64,000 nt of DNA. It comes from a virus. Under the pieces are notes generated by a model. That model ran no database searches. It saw only the letters and a list, made by a program, of their open reading frames with translations, and was not told where the DNA came from. How positions within the stretch are numbered: the first letter of the stretch is position 1; the number at the start of each line of letters is the position of its first letter. Shown in pieces: positions 18,200 to 28,714 of the stretch. The translations under genes were made by a program, and so were the position numbers. The DNA lies in IMG/VR virus record IMGVR_UViG_3300032046_000019, positions 5,321-69,320 of that record; one strand, given 5' to 3'.

Positions 18200-18695
18200 T
18201 TATTATTCCTTTCACAATATCAGTTGGGTCTAACAAAAATTGTGGTTTTGTTTTATCGTGGTTCCAAATAACTGTTTCGTTTGGAATATCTGAGTATAAT
18301 TCCAAGTGAAGCATTGTCGTTGGATTTATACCTTTATTCATTTTTAAAACCTGAACGATAGTTCCTATATAATCGTTCGTTGAAACTTTTGTTCCAATTT
18401 TAATTGTTTCATTAACTTCAATTTCGCCATAAACAAAAACTTCTTTTTCTCCTTCGGTTTGAACCCAAATTGCTTTAGTGTCATTCCACCATGGAGTTGG
18501 TGGTGAACTTTTTGTTCCCGTAAACCATTCTATGTTAATAACAGAACCATTTTTAATTGGAAAAACCTTTGAATTATTTGGAATAAAAATATCAATACCA
18601 GTATGAATGTCATATGTTCTTATAGAACCAAACATTGCTTGCGGATATAAATCTGGTGTTGGTAGTTGCCATTTTATGTGAGATTCAAATAACAT
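18183..18695 (-). CDS. M23 family metallopeptidase
   Basis: HTGIDI (HxxxD), MLHLE, LDP; no signal peptide. Confidence 0.85.
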   Translation of the reverse strand: MLFESHIKWQLPTPDLYPQAMFGSIRTYDIHTGIDIFIPNNSKVFPIKNGSVINIEWFTGTKSSPPTPWWNDTKAIWVQTEGEKEVFVYGEIEVNETIKIGTKVSTNDYIGTIVQVLKMNKGINPTTMLHLELYSDIPNETVIWNHDKTKPQFLLDPTDIVKGIINDKVV

Positions 18696-18704
18696 AATTT
18701 ATTC

Positions 18705-19049
18705 TTAAAGTTCAGGTTCTCTCACATGTTTTTTATATTCTTCCTTAGTAGCAAAAGTAATTGGTACTCCTGTTTCAATAGGTTTCATACAACAATCTAG
18801 CGAATAAGGCAATCCATCATTTTCATTTAATTCTCTACAAGAAACTAAAAACGAGTATCCTTCGCCGTCCTTGGTGAACTGCAAACAAGAAGAAACACCT
18901 TCTGTTTCTATGGCTTTATCAATTGCATTTCTTAAACTTAGAAGTGATTCTTTTGTTCCTAAAATTCCAGCAGGGTCATGACAAAAGCCTTGCGAATAAA
19001 CATGTAATGTTCTTTTAAATTTTGACTCATTTGTAATTTCTTCATTCAT
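18705..19049 (-). CDS. hypothetical protein
   Basis: LHVYSQ...LRNAIDKAI...FTKDGEGY; start MNEE after GAGGA. Confidence 0.7.
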   Translation of the reverse strand: MNEEITNESKFKRTLHVYSQGFCHDPAGILGTKESLLSLRNAIDKAIETEGVSSCLQFTKDGEGYSFLVSCRELNENDGLPYSLDCCMKPIETGVPITFATKEEYKKHVREPEL

Positions 19050-19114
19050 ACAATTATTCCTCTTTCTTAATAAGAATATCATCTTTGTAATATAAATCAA
19101 GAAAAATCTTCAAC

Positions 19115-19582
19115 TTATAAAACCCATAAATTTTTGTTAATGGAGTCATCAAGATTATCATCAATTATTTTAGATATTAAATTCCAGTCACCACCACCAA
19201 GTCCAGCACCAATCATAGGAAAATTAACATCTAATATTTTATTTTTAATGGCAAAATCATTTATTTTTTGAAAACAAAGTTTAATGGCATTATAATCAAC
19301 ATAAAGATTCCCATCTCTACCAAAATATTTTTGCGTGACAGCGTTTATTATGTAAAGAGGAGGTTGGTCTGGATCTGGGTTTACTGAGGCTACAGATATG
19401 CTTCCGGGCTCCAAAGAGCCCTTAAGCTTGTACTGTTCAAGATACACTCTGAACGCCTCTGGATACGTTCTTTTGATTTGTACAGCTATCCCACTACCCA
19501 TCACACCTTGTGCGTTTGTGCCGTGACATATAATGCCGCTTTTTATATTTTTTAACATATCTCCATTATTTGTTTTTATCAT
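19115..19582 (-). CDS. macrodomain (ADP-ribose-processing) protein
   Basis: GD, HGTNAQGVMGSGIA, PMIGAGLGGGDW. Confidence 0.92.
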   Translation of the reverse strand: MIKTNNGDMLKNIKSGIICHGTNAQGVMGSGIAVQIKRTYPEAFRVYLEQYKLKGSLEPGSISVASVNPDPDQPPLYIINAVTQKYFGRDGNLYVDYNAIKLCFQKINDFAIKNKILDVNFPMIGAGLGGGDWNLISKIIDDNLDDSINKNLWVL

Positions 19583-19583
19583 T

Positions 19584-19781
19584 TTATCCTTTTGTTACTT
19601 TTGTGATTACGTTTTCTTTTACTTCTAAAATAATTCTATTTATTCTTATATCTGTTATAACACGAAGAGGATTTTCATCTAAAAATATAATAGAAGGATA
19701 ATAATCTGTATCTTCAAGAATCTCTTTTTCTACTTCTTTATAAGTCTTTCCAATATATGATTTTAATTTTTTTTGATCCAT
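19584..19781 (-). CDS. small protein, potato-inhibitor-I/I78-like fold possible
   Basis: YIGK...ITDIRINRIILEVKENVITKVTKG. Confidence 0.45.
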   Translation of the reverse strand: MDQKKLKSYIGKTYKEVEKEILEDTDYYPSIIFLDENPLRVITDIRINRIILEVKENVITKVTKG

Positions 19782-19800
19782 AAATTATTTTTATTAAAAT

Positions 19801-20388
19801 TTAAACCCACAAAAAACCTCTAATTTTTACTAATCTAACAATATTTTCTGTGGCAATTTCATTATATGAATCAATTTCATGATATTCTAGCATATCAAAA
19901 TTAACCAAATAATCTTTTTTCCACCAAATATATAAACTTTTTATTTCTTTATAAGTTTCAACATGTGCATTTAAACCTTCTTTTTCATTTAAAAGAATCA
20001 TATAATCTAAACCTTCTATAAAATCACTGTATTCCAATTTATTTTTGAATCTAAATTTTGATATACAACTTGGTAGTTGTTTTTCTACATAACAACACAA
20101 TAACGAAAAACAAACATGAAGCATTCGTGTGTCAACATCATAATATTCTGGTTTTAATCCTGTGTCAACAATATGATATTTATGTTTTGGTATAAATCTA
20201 TATTTTATTTTCCAATAATAATTTTCTATTCTACGAATTTTTATTCGGAACCATATAGTTAATTCCTCGGAAAAGAAATATTTTACTGGATGTTGTTTTT
20301 TTGCTTCTTTTCTCCATTCATCCCAACGCTCCAAGGTAGCGGACGATGGTTTTTTTATTTGAAAAGGTTTTTTTATTTTAAATTTCAT
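19801..20388 (-). CDS. conserved phage hypothetical protein
   Basis: YYDVDTRMLH..F..L...VE, EIKSLYIWWK, LVKIRGFLW. Confidence 0.75.
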   Translation of the reverse strand: MKFKIKKPFQIKKPSSATLERWDEWRKEAKKQHPVKYFFSEELTIWFRIKIRRIENYYWKIKYRFIPKHKYHIVDTGLKPEYYDVDTRMLHVCFSLLCCYVEKQLPSCISKFRFKNKLEYSDFIEGLDYMILLNEKEGLNAHVETYKEIKSLYIWWKKDYLVNFDMLEYHEIDSYNEIATENIVRLVKIRGFLWV

Positions 20389-20396
20389 ATTTTTTC

Positions 20397-21218
20397 TTAA
20401 AATTGCAACCGAAACCACACTGGATAATGATCGGAAGTTGTCCTTGTTATTGTTCTTATTATTCCCCAATTATTAGAATATCTTGTTCTCATATTCTCAG
20501 TTATAATAATTCTATCATAGGCACAATTTGTGCTTGCCACATTTGTATCTGCACTATCTGGAACAATCCAAACATATTGTGAACTATGCAATAATGTGTT
20601 GTTGACTTCTTGACTTGTGGCATATTGACATGCTGCGTTCATGTCGCCAAGTATAATATAATTATTTTCTTGCGGCCATAAGTTTCTCGTTTCTTCTACC
20701 ACATAGTGCAAACCATTTATTTCGCTAATTGTGTTTATTGGTACAGTATGTATTGTAATAACTACAAAGGTTTGTTGAGAATTTAACGTTCTAAATCTTG
20801 CAATCCATGGTTCTCTAGCAAAATTATTAAGTCTTTCATCATTAAATAAATGATTTTCTAAAATTTCAACCAAATTAGTACGATAATAAAAAGCATATTG
20901 TTCTGCTTTTCTTAAATCACTTTGTTGTTGTCCAGTCCTTGGACTTAAAGACATAGCATATTGAGGTCCACTTCTTCTGTTTATTTGTTGTAACAGCATA
21001 CCAGCCACTCTATTACTACTGTCAGAAATTTCTTGTATGGCAACAATATCATATGACCGTATAATAGAAACAATAACATTAACGTCTTGAGGTCTATTAA
21101 TTTTTGTCATACCAAGGTTTTGTATATTAAATGTAGCAACATTAATTGCTTGTGAAAAACTTTTACTTTGGAAACAAAAACTAAGTAAAATTATAAAAAC
21201 AAATAATATCTTTTTCAT
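20397..21218 (-). CDS. secreted DNase I-like (EEP) endonuclease
   Basis: signal peptide MKKILFVFIILL; ATFNIQ, IQEI, EQYAFYYR, FAREP, HTVP, GDMNAAC, CAYDRI, SDHYPV. Confidence 0.92.
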   Translation of the reverse strand: MKKILFVFIILLSFCFQSKSFSQAINVATFNIQNLGMTKINRPQDVNVIVSIIRSYDIVAIQEISDSSNRVAGMLLQQINRRSGPQYAMSLSPRTGQQQSDLRKAEQYAFYYRTNLVEILENHLFNDERLNNFAREPWIARFRTLNSQQTFVVITIHTVPINTISEINGLHYVVEETRNLWPQENNYIILGDMNAACQYATSQEVNNTLLHSSQYVWIVPDSADTNVASTNCAYDRIIITENMRTRYSNNWGIIRTITRTTSDHYPVWFRLQF

Positions 21219-21280
21219 CAAAATTGTCCTCTTTTCTAAGAAATAATTATAACACACTGATTCGCAAAGTAAAGCAAAAC

Positions 21281-21553
21281 TTACTTGTTTCTTTTAACAA
21301 CTCTTGTCTCTGTTGTGCTTTCTTTACCATTCAATTTATTAAACAAACAAGAACCTAAAACGTTTATAAGGTCTTCAACTCTCGTAATATCCATCATGTT
21401 ATATTGATTTGTTTTTTTATATTCTTCCAATATATGTTTTAGATGAATACTAAAGTGTGCCGCATTATCGCCACGGATAAACACACCAGGCCAGTCATCT
21501 TCAAATTGTATTGGTCCGGTTTCTACTCTATCAATTTTTAATTTATTTTCCAT
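21281..21553 (-). CDS. conserved phage hypothetical protein
   Basis: RVETGPIQFEDDWPGVFIRGDNA. Confidence 0.75.
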   Translation of the reverse strand: MENKLKIDRVETGPIQFEDDWPGVFIRGDNAAHFSIHLKHILEEYKKTNQYNMMDITRVEDLINVLGSCLFNKLNGKESTTETRVVKRNK

Positions 21554-21574
21554 GATTGTTTCCTTACATTTTTA

Positions 21575-21955
21575 TTAATCCAAAACTACAAACTTAATAT
21601 ATTCTTCATCATCTAAAGAAACAAAAACCACATTTTCTTCTTCAGTGTCTTCTACAAGTTCGCTTGTAGAGTATTTAATTTTACCATCGCGCCCAAGACA
21701 ATCTATTGTGTTTATTGTTTGTAATAATACTTTAGCCCTTGAAAATGCTTTGCCTTTATTAATATAAACATAGGCTGTTTTTTCTGCATGATCAAATTTT
21801 ATTTCATTTAAAACAAGTACAGCAAAAGTTTGATTCCATTCATCGGTAGTAAAATCAATGTCCTTAGATTTAAAAGCAGAAGCTTTACCACTAAATTTAT
21901 TCACTATATTTCCAGGTGTCTTTGACCAATATATAGTTTTTTTTATATAACTCAT
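21575..21955 (-). CDS. hypothetical protein
   Basis: 126-aa ORF. Confidence 0.65.
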   Translation of the reverse strand: MSYIKKTIYWSKTPGNIVNKFSGKASAFKSKDIDFTTDEWNQTFAVLVLNEIKFDHAEKTAYVYINKGKAFSRAKVLLQTINTIDCLGRDGKIKYSTSELVEDTEEENVVFVSLDDEEYIKFVVLD

Positions 21956-22179
21956 AACATTTTTTCTTTCTTTATTAAAATTCTTATTAGCAACAAAGTA
22001 TCTGCTAAAATGAATATAATCACTGAAACAAGCATTACTGCCGAGAAGGGATATGATACTGCGTGCAGTGCCGCATTTAAAAATAAAGCATATAATGTTA
22101 TCTTTTCAGATAGTTTTGAAATATCCGATAAAGATAAATTTTGTATTTTTTTAAATATAATCATTTTTTCACAACACAT
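21952..22179 (-). CDS. small membrane protein
   Basis: two hydrophobic segments; N-terminus resembles part of upstream gene. Confidence 0.55.
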   Translation of the reverse strand: MCCEKMIIFKKIQNLSLSDISKLSEKITLYALFLNAALHAVSYPFSAVMLVSVIIFILADTLLLIRILIKKEKML

Positions 22180-22565
22180 TGTTCTATATTGGAATTAACA
22201 TTTGAAAAATTTTTCACAATAAATTCAACAAACTCATCTCTTTGTTTTATTTTTTGTCTGATTAAAAATCTTACATATGGGACTGAATTATTTGGTGAGA
22301 TAACCGTTATTTCTTCTACGTGTCTCGAAATGTCGGATAAAGATAACATGCTGTCGCATTTAAACAATACATAAAAATCTCCTTCATCATTTTCACAACA
22401 ATATTCTGTTGTAATTCCAACATAAGAATTTAACCACTCAACAACAGGAACCATCTTGGTATCAACTTCAAATGGCTTAAATTGCATAAGCGTTGTTTTG
22501 TGGTTTTTGTTTGAAATTTTTTTTAAACGTTTATTTTTTTTAGACATAGATTTTATTTTGTTCAA
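22161..22565 (-). CDS. hypothetical protein
   Basis: VDTKMVPVVEWLN..GITTEYCCE; leaderless TTG. Confidence 0.7.
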   Translation of the reverse strand: MNKIKSMSKKNKRLKKISNKNHKTTLMQFKPFEVDTKMVPVVEWLNSYVGITTEYCCENDEGDFYVLFKCDSMLSLSDISRHVEEITVISPNNSVPYVRFLIRQKIKQRDEFVEFIVKNFSNVNSNIEQCVVKK

Positions 22566-22673
22566 TTAGAACTTTACCACAGAACAGCCAAACATTAATC
22601 TTGTTGGTTATAATTTTTATTTTTTTATTTTTAAAGAAACTATTTATATTTGATTTTATTTGGAGAACCAAAC

Positions 22674-22955
22674 ATGAAAATTACAATACAACAATTAAGA
22701 AAAATTATAAAAGAAGAAATCGAAATAAATAGTTCGGTTCCTTCTATGGAAGAAATGGTTGCAGCGGTAAAAGCACATGCGATGAAAAACTACGAACATG
22801 GTGGCTGGGATTATGTTATTGAAGCATTTGGGGACAAAGACATTGCAGAAAAAATTGGTGATGCAAAAACAACAGAAGAAGCCATAAAAAATATAGGTTA
22901 TGATTTAGGAATACTTCGTGATCGTGAAGATGACATTAGAGCAGAAAGGTTCTAA
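22674..22955 (+). CDS. MKIT-leader protein, paralog of 14797..15081
   Basis: MKITIQQLRKIIKEEIE after GGAG SD; CTATTTA upstream. Confidence 0.8.
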   Translation: MKITIQQLRKIIKEEIEINSSVPSMEEMVAAVKAHAMKNYEHGGWDYVIEAFGDKDIAEKIGDAKTTEEAIKNIGYDLGILRDREDDIRAERF

Positions 22956-22958
22956 TCT

Positions 22959-23990
22959 TTATTTCATTATATTTTTAACTAGTGGTTGGCCATGCATCCA
23001 GTGTGTTGTTGTTAACACATGACCTTTTCTCACGAATTTTGCAACTTTATGTTTGAATTCTCCGTAACTGAATTCCTCAAAAGTACGAATTACATATCCT
23101 TCACAAGAATCCCAATCTTTTTTAGAATTATATAATTGTCTTATTAAGTTTTCATCATATATTCCGTCATAAATCACATCGACAGGAGTTATTCCTAATA
23201 ACTGAAAATACTCTATTGTTTCATCCCATGGCAAACAAATATTTTTTTCATTCCAAATACTAAATCCAAGAAAATATGATTTTAGGTTTTCATATCCTAT
23301 TGAATGTTTCACATACATATTCTCTCCACAAATTCGCCATTTCTCGGGAATGTCTTGAGATATCGATGAATGAAAGTTTTTAACCCAATTTCTCGAAGGA
23401 TGATTGTTTGAATCAATAGAACGAGCATGTGTGTAGTTTTTGTACAAAGAGGTATTTTCTCCATCAAATTTCTGTGTCACAATAACACGTTTGTTTGTAA
23501 ATGAATTCATAGAATCAATAACTCTATCATCATTATGAATGCCTTCCGACCAAGGAACATGATTAGTTCTTTGATATTTCACATATTCACAAAACAAAGA
23601 TAGGTGATTTGAAATAATCTTTTGAACACTCTCATCAAAAAACAATTCTCCTTTAAGTCGAGTACCATTTTCTAATATTAAATTTCCCCACTTGTCATAT
23701 TTGTGATCATTATAAAAATGAAGAGGAATTACTATATGTGTGATTTTACATGCTTCTCTTACTTGTTCTACAGATATATCTGTTCTCTCACAAGCCAAAT
23801 GATGTTCCTCACACACCGAGGCACCATTATCAATATAATAGCCACCGTCAGACCAAAGCTTTCGCTCAATTATATGATGTGCGTCTAGTGCTTTATTTTT
23901 ACAAAATACACAAACGAAATTATCTCGTTCAAAAACCTTTTGACGAAATTCATTTCTTGTTAATAGTTTTGGTATGTATGAGCTTTTCAT
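22959..23990 (-). CDS. HNH-like domain fused to RNA ligase
   Basis: RDNFVCVFC..DAHHI..NGASVCEEHH; ligase TQKFDGENT, ICGEN, CEGYVIR, AKFVR. Confidence 0.85.
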   Translation of the reverse strand: MKSSYIPKLLTRNEFRQKVFERDNFVCVFCKNKALDAHHIIERKLWSDGGYYIDNGASVCEEHHLACERTDISVEQVREACKITHIVIPLHFYNDHKYDKWGNLILENGTRLKGELFFDESVQKIISNHLSLFCEYVKYQRTNHVPWSEGIHNDDRVIDSMNSFTNKRVIVTQKFDGENTSLYKNYTHARSIDSNNHPSRNWVKNFHSSISQDIPEKWRICGENMYVKHSIGYENLKSYFLGFSIWNEKNICLPWDETIEYFQLLGITPVDVIYDGIYDENLIRQLYNSKKDWDSCEGYVIRTFEEFSYGEFKHKVAKFVRKGHVLTTTHWMHGQPLVKNIMK

Positions 23991-23996
23991 ACAACA

Positions 23997-24024
23997 ACTA
24001 TATCATAATTCAAATCACTGTCAA
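23997..24024 (-). promoter_or_regulatory. sigma70-type promoter, leaderless transcript
   Basis: TTGACA-16nt-TATAGT, ATG 6 nt downstream. Confidence 0.65.
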
Positions 24025-24058
24025 CCGATTTTTTAAATAACACAATTATAATATGTTA

Positions 24059-24502
24059 TCAGAATTCTCCGCCTGAATTTAAGAAATCGGCTAGAGAGTT
24101 CATACTGTTTTGCACATCAGCTTGTAAGTCATTTATTACTCTGTCAATTTGAGGGTTTTTAATACCAAGTTTTGCAATATCGTATTTAAGATTATTTAGT
24201 GTTTTTTCAAATGATGCAGCTGCATTTTGGGTATTACTTGCATGAGATTTTAACAAAGTAGATTTTGTTTTTTCTGATGCGGCTGTTCTTTTTCCGGCAG
24301 CATTTTTTTGCATTTCTGATGCTGCTGTTTCTGAACCAAGGGCACTAACAGCTTTTCCAGCTAATTCTGAGGCTTTAGCGGCCATATTGCCTTTAACTCC
24401 AGCTGCGCTTGCTTTGACTCTATCAAAAAAACCCTCATCAAGTTCTTTGTTTTGGATTTCTTCTTTAATAATACGTCTTAATTGTTGTTTGGTGATTCTC
24501 AT
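24059..24502 (-). CDS. MKIT-leader Ala-rich helical protein
   Basis: MRITKQQLRRIIKEEIQNKELDE-GFFDR after GGAG SD. Confidence 0.8.
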   Translation of the reverse strand: MRITKQQLRRIIKEEIQNKELDEGFFDRVKASAAGVKGNMAAKASELAGKAVSALGSETAASEMQKNAAGKRTAASEKTKSTLLKSHASNTQNAAASFEKTLNNLKYDIAKLGIKNPQIDRVINDLQADVQNSMNSLADFLNSGGEF

Positions 24503-24573
24503 GATAAAATTTTCTCCATAATTGTTTACAATCATTAAATATTCATATAATAATAATAATACCAAAAAAAATA

Positions 24574-27500
24574 TTATTGATTCAATTTGTATATTTTTGA
24601 TAAAAACGTTGATAACCCATAGTTGTTTTTATCAAAAGAACCAACAACTAAATCATTTGCATTTAGATTGTTTTCGCTAGCTTTATAGTTCCAAATATTA
24701 CAAAAAATCTCTGAACCATTTTCACTTTTTAATCTTATTTTTAGATATTTTTTCTCTGTTTTTGTCACAGCTACAGTTGTTGATACCACAATAGCCCAAT
24801 AAATACTATCTTTTGAATTCCAATTTTCAATTGGATCTATATCGTTTTTAAATATAAATTCTCTCATCTCGGGCGTAACAATAAGAGACATGTCGTCCAT
24901 GCCAGCTATTTCTTTCTTTATTTTAAGCCTTTCTTGTCTTGTCCAGTCCTCCATTCCCTGTACTTCTGTAATATACTGTTGTAAGAGTTCTTTATGGTTT
25001 CTGTTCTTTTTTCTACTTATGGCTTTTTTAAGTTCATCTGACTTATCAAATAATACTGAATGCATTTGTTTGTAGTTTTTGAATACCTTATCAGGTCCGA
25101 CAATATCCATCGAATCAAAAGCTTCCATTTGTATTAGCGCAGACAATGCACGTTTATTAAACTTGGAGTGTTTCCAGACTTCTTCTCCACCTTCTTGTTT
25201 CCACAAAAGATCTTCAATAGTTTTATAAGGTCTATTGTCGTCTAATTCATATAAAACAGTCTTTCCTACATTTTTAAGTGAAGTAATAGATGGAATCATG
25301 ACATTATCTTTACAAATATATTCATGTGTTGAATAATTTATATCTGGTTTTCCTAATTTATATCCAAGCCTGGTGGCTTCTTTTAGGGCAATGCTTTTTG
25401 GATCTTCTTTGCCTGCCGCTTTTCCTTTGTCATTAATACAATAGTCAATATAAGAAGTGGTCCACTCATCAGGATAATAAGTTAAAAACCACGCACACTG
25501 ATAAGATGTAATGGCATAAGCTACAGCGTGTGACTTATTGAACGAATATGCAACAAACTTTTCCATTCCATCAAAAATATCACCAGATATTGAAGAATCT
25601 ATATTATTAACAGTCTTACATTTATCAATAAAATCATCACGAAGCAATTGTATGTCTTTAATAGTTTTCTCTTTGTTTGCAATATCCTTTTTGGTGAAAG
25701 CTTTTCTAACAGAATCGGTTTCATCAAGAGGCACGCCTGCCAATTGACTATAAATCATCTGCAACTGCTCCTGAAATACCATTAGACCAGAGGTTTCTTT
25801 ATATACGTTTTTTAATAGTGGGTGTTTATAAATAATACTTTCACTATTAGCTCTATTCTTTAGATAAAGTTTATCTGCTCCAATTCCTAGTGGACCTGGG
25901 CGAAATAAAGATGTAGCAATAGCAATATCAATAATATTGGTTGGTTTCATCTTAGCCATGAATTCTTGTACGTTTTCTTGAACGAATTGGAATACTCCTG
26001 CGTAATTCTTATTCCAGTAAACATTTTCATATACTTTCATATCATCCAGAGCGTTATTGTCAGGATGTAATTTGTCATAAAACCATGTTTTTATTTGTTC
26101 AAATGTTACTGTCTTTTTACCAGTTTCTTTTCTAATGATCTTTTTTATAGTATTTTCAAATATACGCAAAGTACCTAGACCAAGAACGTCAAACTTGAGA
26201 AATCCAAAATATTCCAAGTGACGATAATTTAAACCTTCTGGCCAAGCAGACTGTAGGTGTTTACCGCTTTTAATAACAGGCATGTTTTCAAACACTTGGT
26301 CTGTAATGACAACCCCGCCCGCATGTCGCGAGATCGCCTTCATTTGTTTAAAAAGAACAAATAAAGCTTCTTGGAATTCTGGGTAATCTTTCATGAATTC
26401 CATGAATTCTCTATATGATACCGAGTCTTTTTCAGCAACCTCTAAAGTAAACTGCCAAACTGCTGCGTCAAATCCTGGTTCTTGTTTTGCAACTTCAAGT
26501 GCTTCGTTTCTCATTCTGCTTGTATATTGATTTACAATATCAAAAGGAACATTGTATACACGAGATAAATCTTTAATCAAAGAAGCTACTTGCAATTGAG
26601 CAAAATTTGAAACCGCAACAACGTTTTCTTCTCCAAAATATTCTCTTATAATTTCTAGGGCTCTTTCTCGGTCGGCGAAATCTGAGTCAATATCAGCATT
26701 CGATGCCTTCTTTTTGCTTAAAAATCTTTCAAAGAGCAATCCAAATCTAATTGGATCCATTTGAGTGATACCAAGCAAATAAGACAGCAAGCTGCCTCCT
26801 GCGCTGCCACGAGCGTTTCCTAAAAGCATTTCTTTGCTTGTTAGTTCCATGATTTTAGCATAGGTTAAAAAATATTTTGATAACTTTAAATGTTTAATAA
26901 CATCTAATTCTAATTTAAGCCTATCAATATAGTTTTGTTCTTTATGTTTTTTTCTATTAATTAAACCATATTTTGCAAGTTTTATTAATTCTTTAAAAGC
27001 CAGGTCTTCCTCGGCAGTTTCACTTCCGTATTCTTTTAATAAAAGATCGTATTCAGTTTCGGTAACTAATTTGTTTAGTCTTGGAAGTTTTACAGAACGA
27101 TCAATATCAACATTTCCTATTTGTTCATGAGCAATTTCATGTGTACGTTCAATAGCATCACAAATTAAATCATCATCATAAAATGAATATTTCTCTTTTT
27201 CTTCAAGATATGTTTTCCAAACTTGTTGTGCATTTTTTGGATAAAGTTCACACTTGAGATCTTCTATTTTTTGCGGAAGCATAGAAGCATCTACTTGGCC
27301 CTTGTTTTTAGACATCCATGCCATGGCCTTATACAATTCACGCTCTCTCCAGTGAGAAGGATTTGAATAGTGAGCATCACATGTTACAACAAGTTTTGTA
27401 TTTGTTCTTTTTGCTGCTTCAATAATGTGATAATTCTTGAGATGTTGTGCTCCAAGCTTATTAAACTGAAGTTCCAGGTAATAGTTTTCTTCTCCTAGTG

Positions 27501-28300
27501 CGTCTTTGAATTCTTCAATAGAATCTTTGAGTTTCCTTTGGATTAATTCAAAGTTATCATCATTGGGTTTGTAGTTGTTCCAATCTTGTTCTATTTGATT
27601 ATCAAATATGATTTTACTGTCAAAACCAGCGACGCAAGAACTTAATGCTATTATGTCTCCCTTGCATTCTTTTTTAAGAATGTCAAAATCTATTCTTGGA
27701 AAATAAAACATTCCATCAACATACGATGTTGACACAATTTTAAAAAGAGATTTTAATCCATTACTATTTTTAGGTAACAACACAAGATGACTTCGTTGTC
27801 TTAAAGGATCTTTGTGTTTAATTGTTTTTGATTCTTCTTCGTTTTCTACAATGGTTCCATTGTTAGACTCTTCGTCTTCTTTAGATACTGAGGGCGATAT
27901 TTCTTCTAGGTCATTTTTAGTATCAAGTAACGAATCTCCTATTGAATCAAAGGATTCTAATTTAATTTTGGAATTAGTTTTTAGTTGTTTGCTTAACCCT
28001 GCTTTTTGTTCCTTTAAAAGATTCCATTCCCTTAACGAAGGTATGAAATACGCTTCAACACCAGGAATTGCTTTGAAATTAACTCCTTTTGATTGAAGTT
28101 TCTTGTTGTGCATATACTGATGCGAAAACCCATTCATGTTACCATGATCTGTTAATGCTAGTGCGTCCATTTCATTTGAAATGGCGAAATCGATATGATC
28201 TTGAGGAAGACCAATCGCATCACCTAACGAGAAAGGTACTGTGAGAATGCAAACCCACGTACCTCCGTGGAGCTTTGGGGCTCTTATTATTATCATTCAT
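24574..28300 (-). CDS. dnaE: DNA polymerase III alpha subunit (needs a +1 frameshift at ~28232)
   Basis: YVGLHSHSTF/SLGDAIG, LTDHGN, GVEAY, DAHY, RGSAGGS, DIDSDF, KFDVLGL, YSFNKSHA. Confidence 0.95.
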
Positions 28301-28418
28301 ATATATTTTTTTCTCCTAATTGTTTGTTGTGTATTGATGTTAATATAAAATCTTGTCTGAAATGTTTTATTTCAACACTAAAACCATATTCTGATTTAGA
28401 ATCCAGAATATGCGAGAC

Positions 28419-28447
28419 ATTCTAACATCTTGTGTATTTTATGTCAA
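28419..28447 (-). promoter_or_regulatory. sigma70 promoter of dnaE
   Basis: TTGACA-17nt-(TGt)TAGAAT; hairpin ATATTCTG..CAGAATAT at 28386-28411 in the leader. Confidence 0.7.
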
Positions 28448-28462
28448 CCAAAATTTTATTTG

Positions 28463-28714
28463 TCAATAAAGTTCGTAGTTACCTAAAACTGGTTTTAAAC
28501 TTATTGAATTATTTTCAAAAGTTACAACTACGGGCACATGCCATTCTTCTCTTGTCTCAGTTTGTTGATAACTACGCTGAGTGTAATTTAGGAACGCCTC
28601 AACCTCATATTGGACAGAAGGACTAAGTGGCCTATATAAGAACTTTTCAGATAACTTGTTTTGGTAAAGATTTAAAACCTTAATTAACATTTCTTTTTGT
28701 ATTGGTTTTTTCAT
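28463..28714 (-). CDS. hypothetical protein
   Basis: 83 aa; ATGA overlap. Confidence 0.6.
   Translation of the reverse strand: MKKPIQKEMLIKVLNLYQNKLSEKFLYRPLSPSVQYEVEAFLNYTQRSYQQTETREEWHVPVVVTFENNSISLKPVLGNYELY

Noticed and set aside
27780-28010. Intein or intron in the DnaE PHP domain
   Set aside because: Charged low-complexity insert lacks intein N- and C-terminal motifs and keeps the frame.
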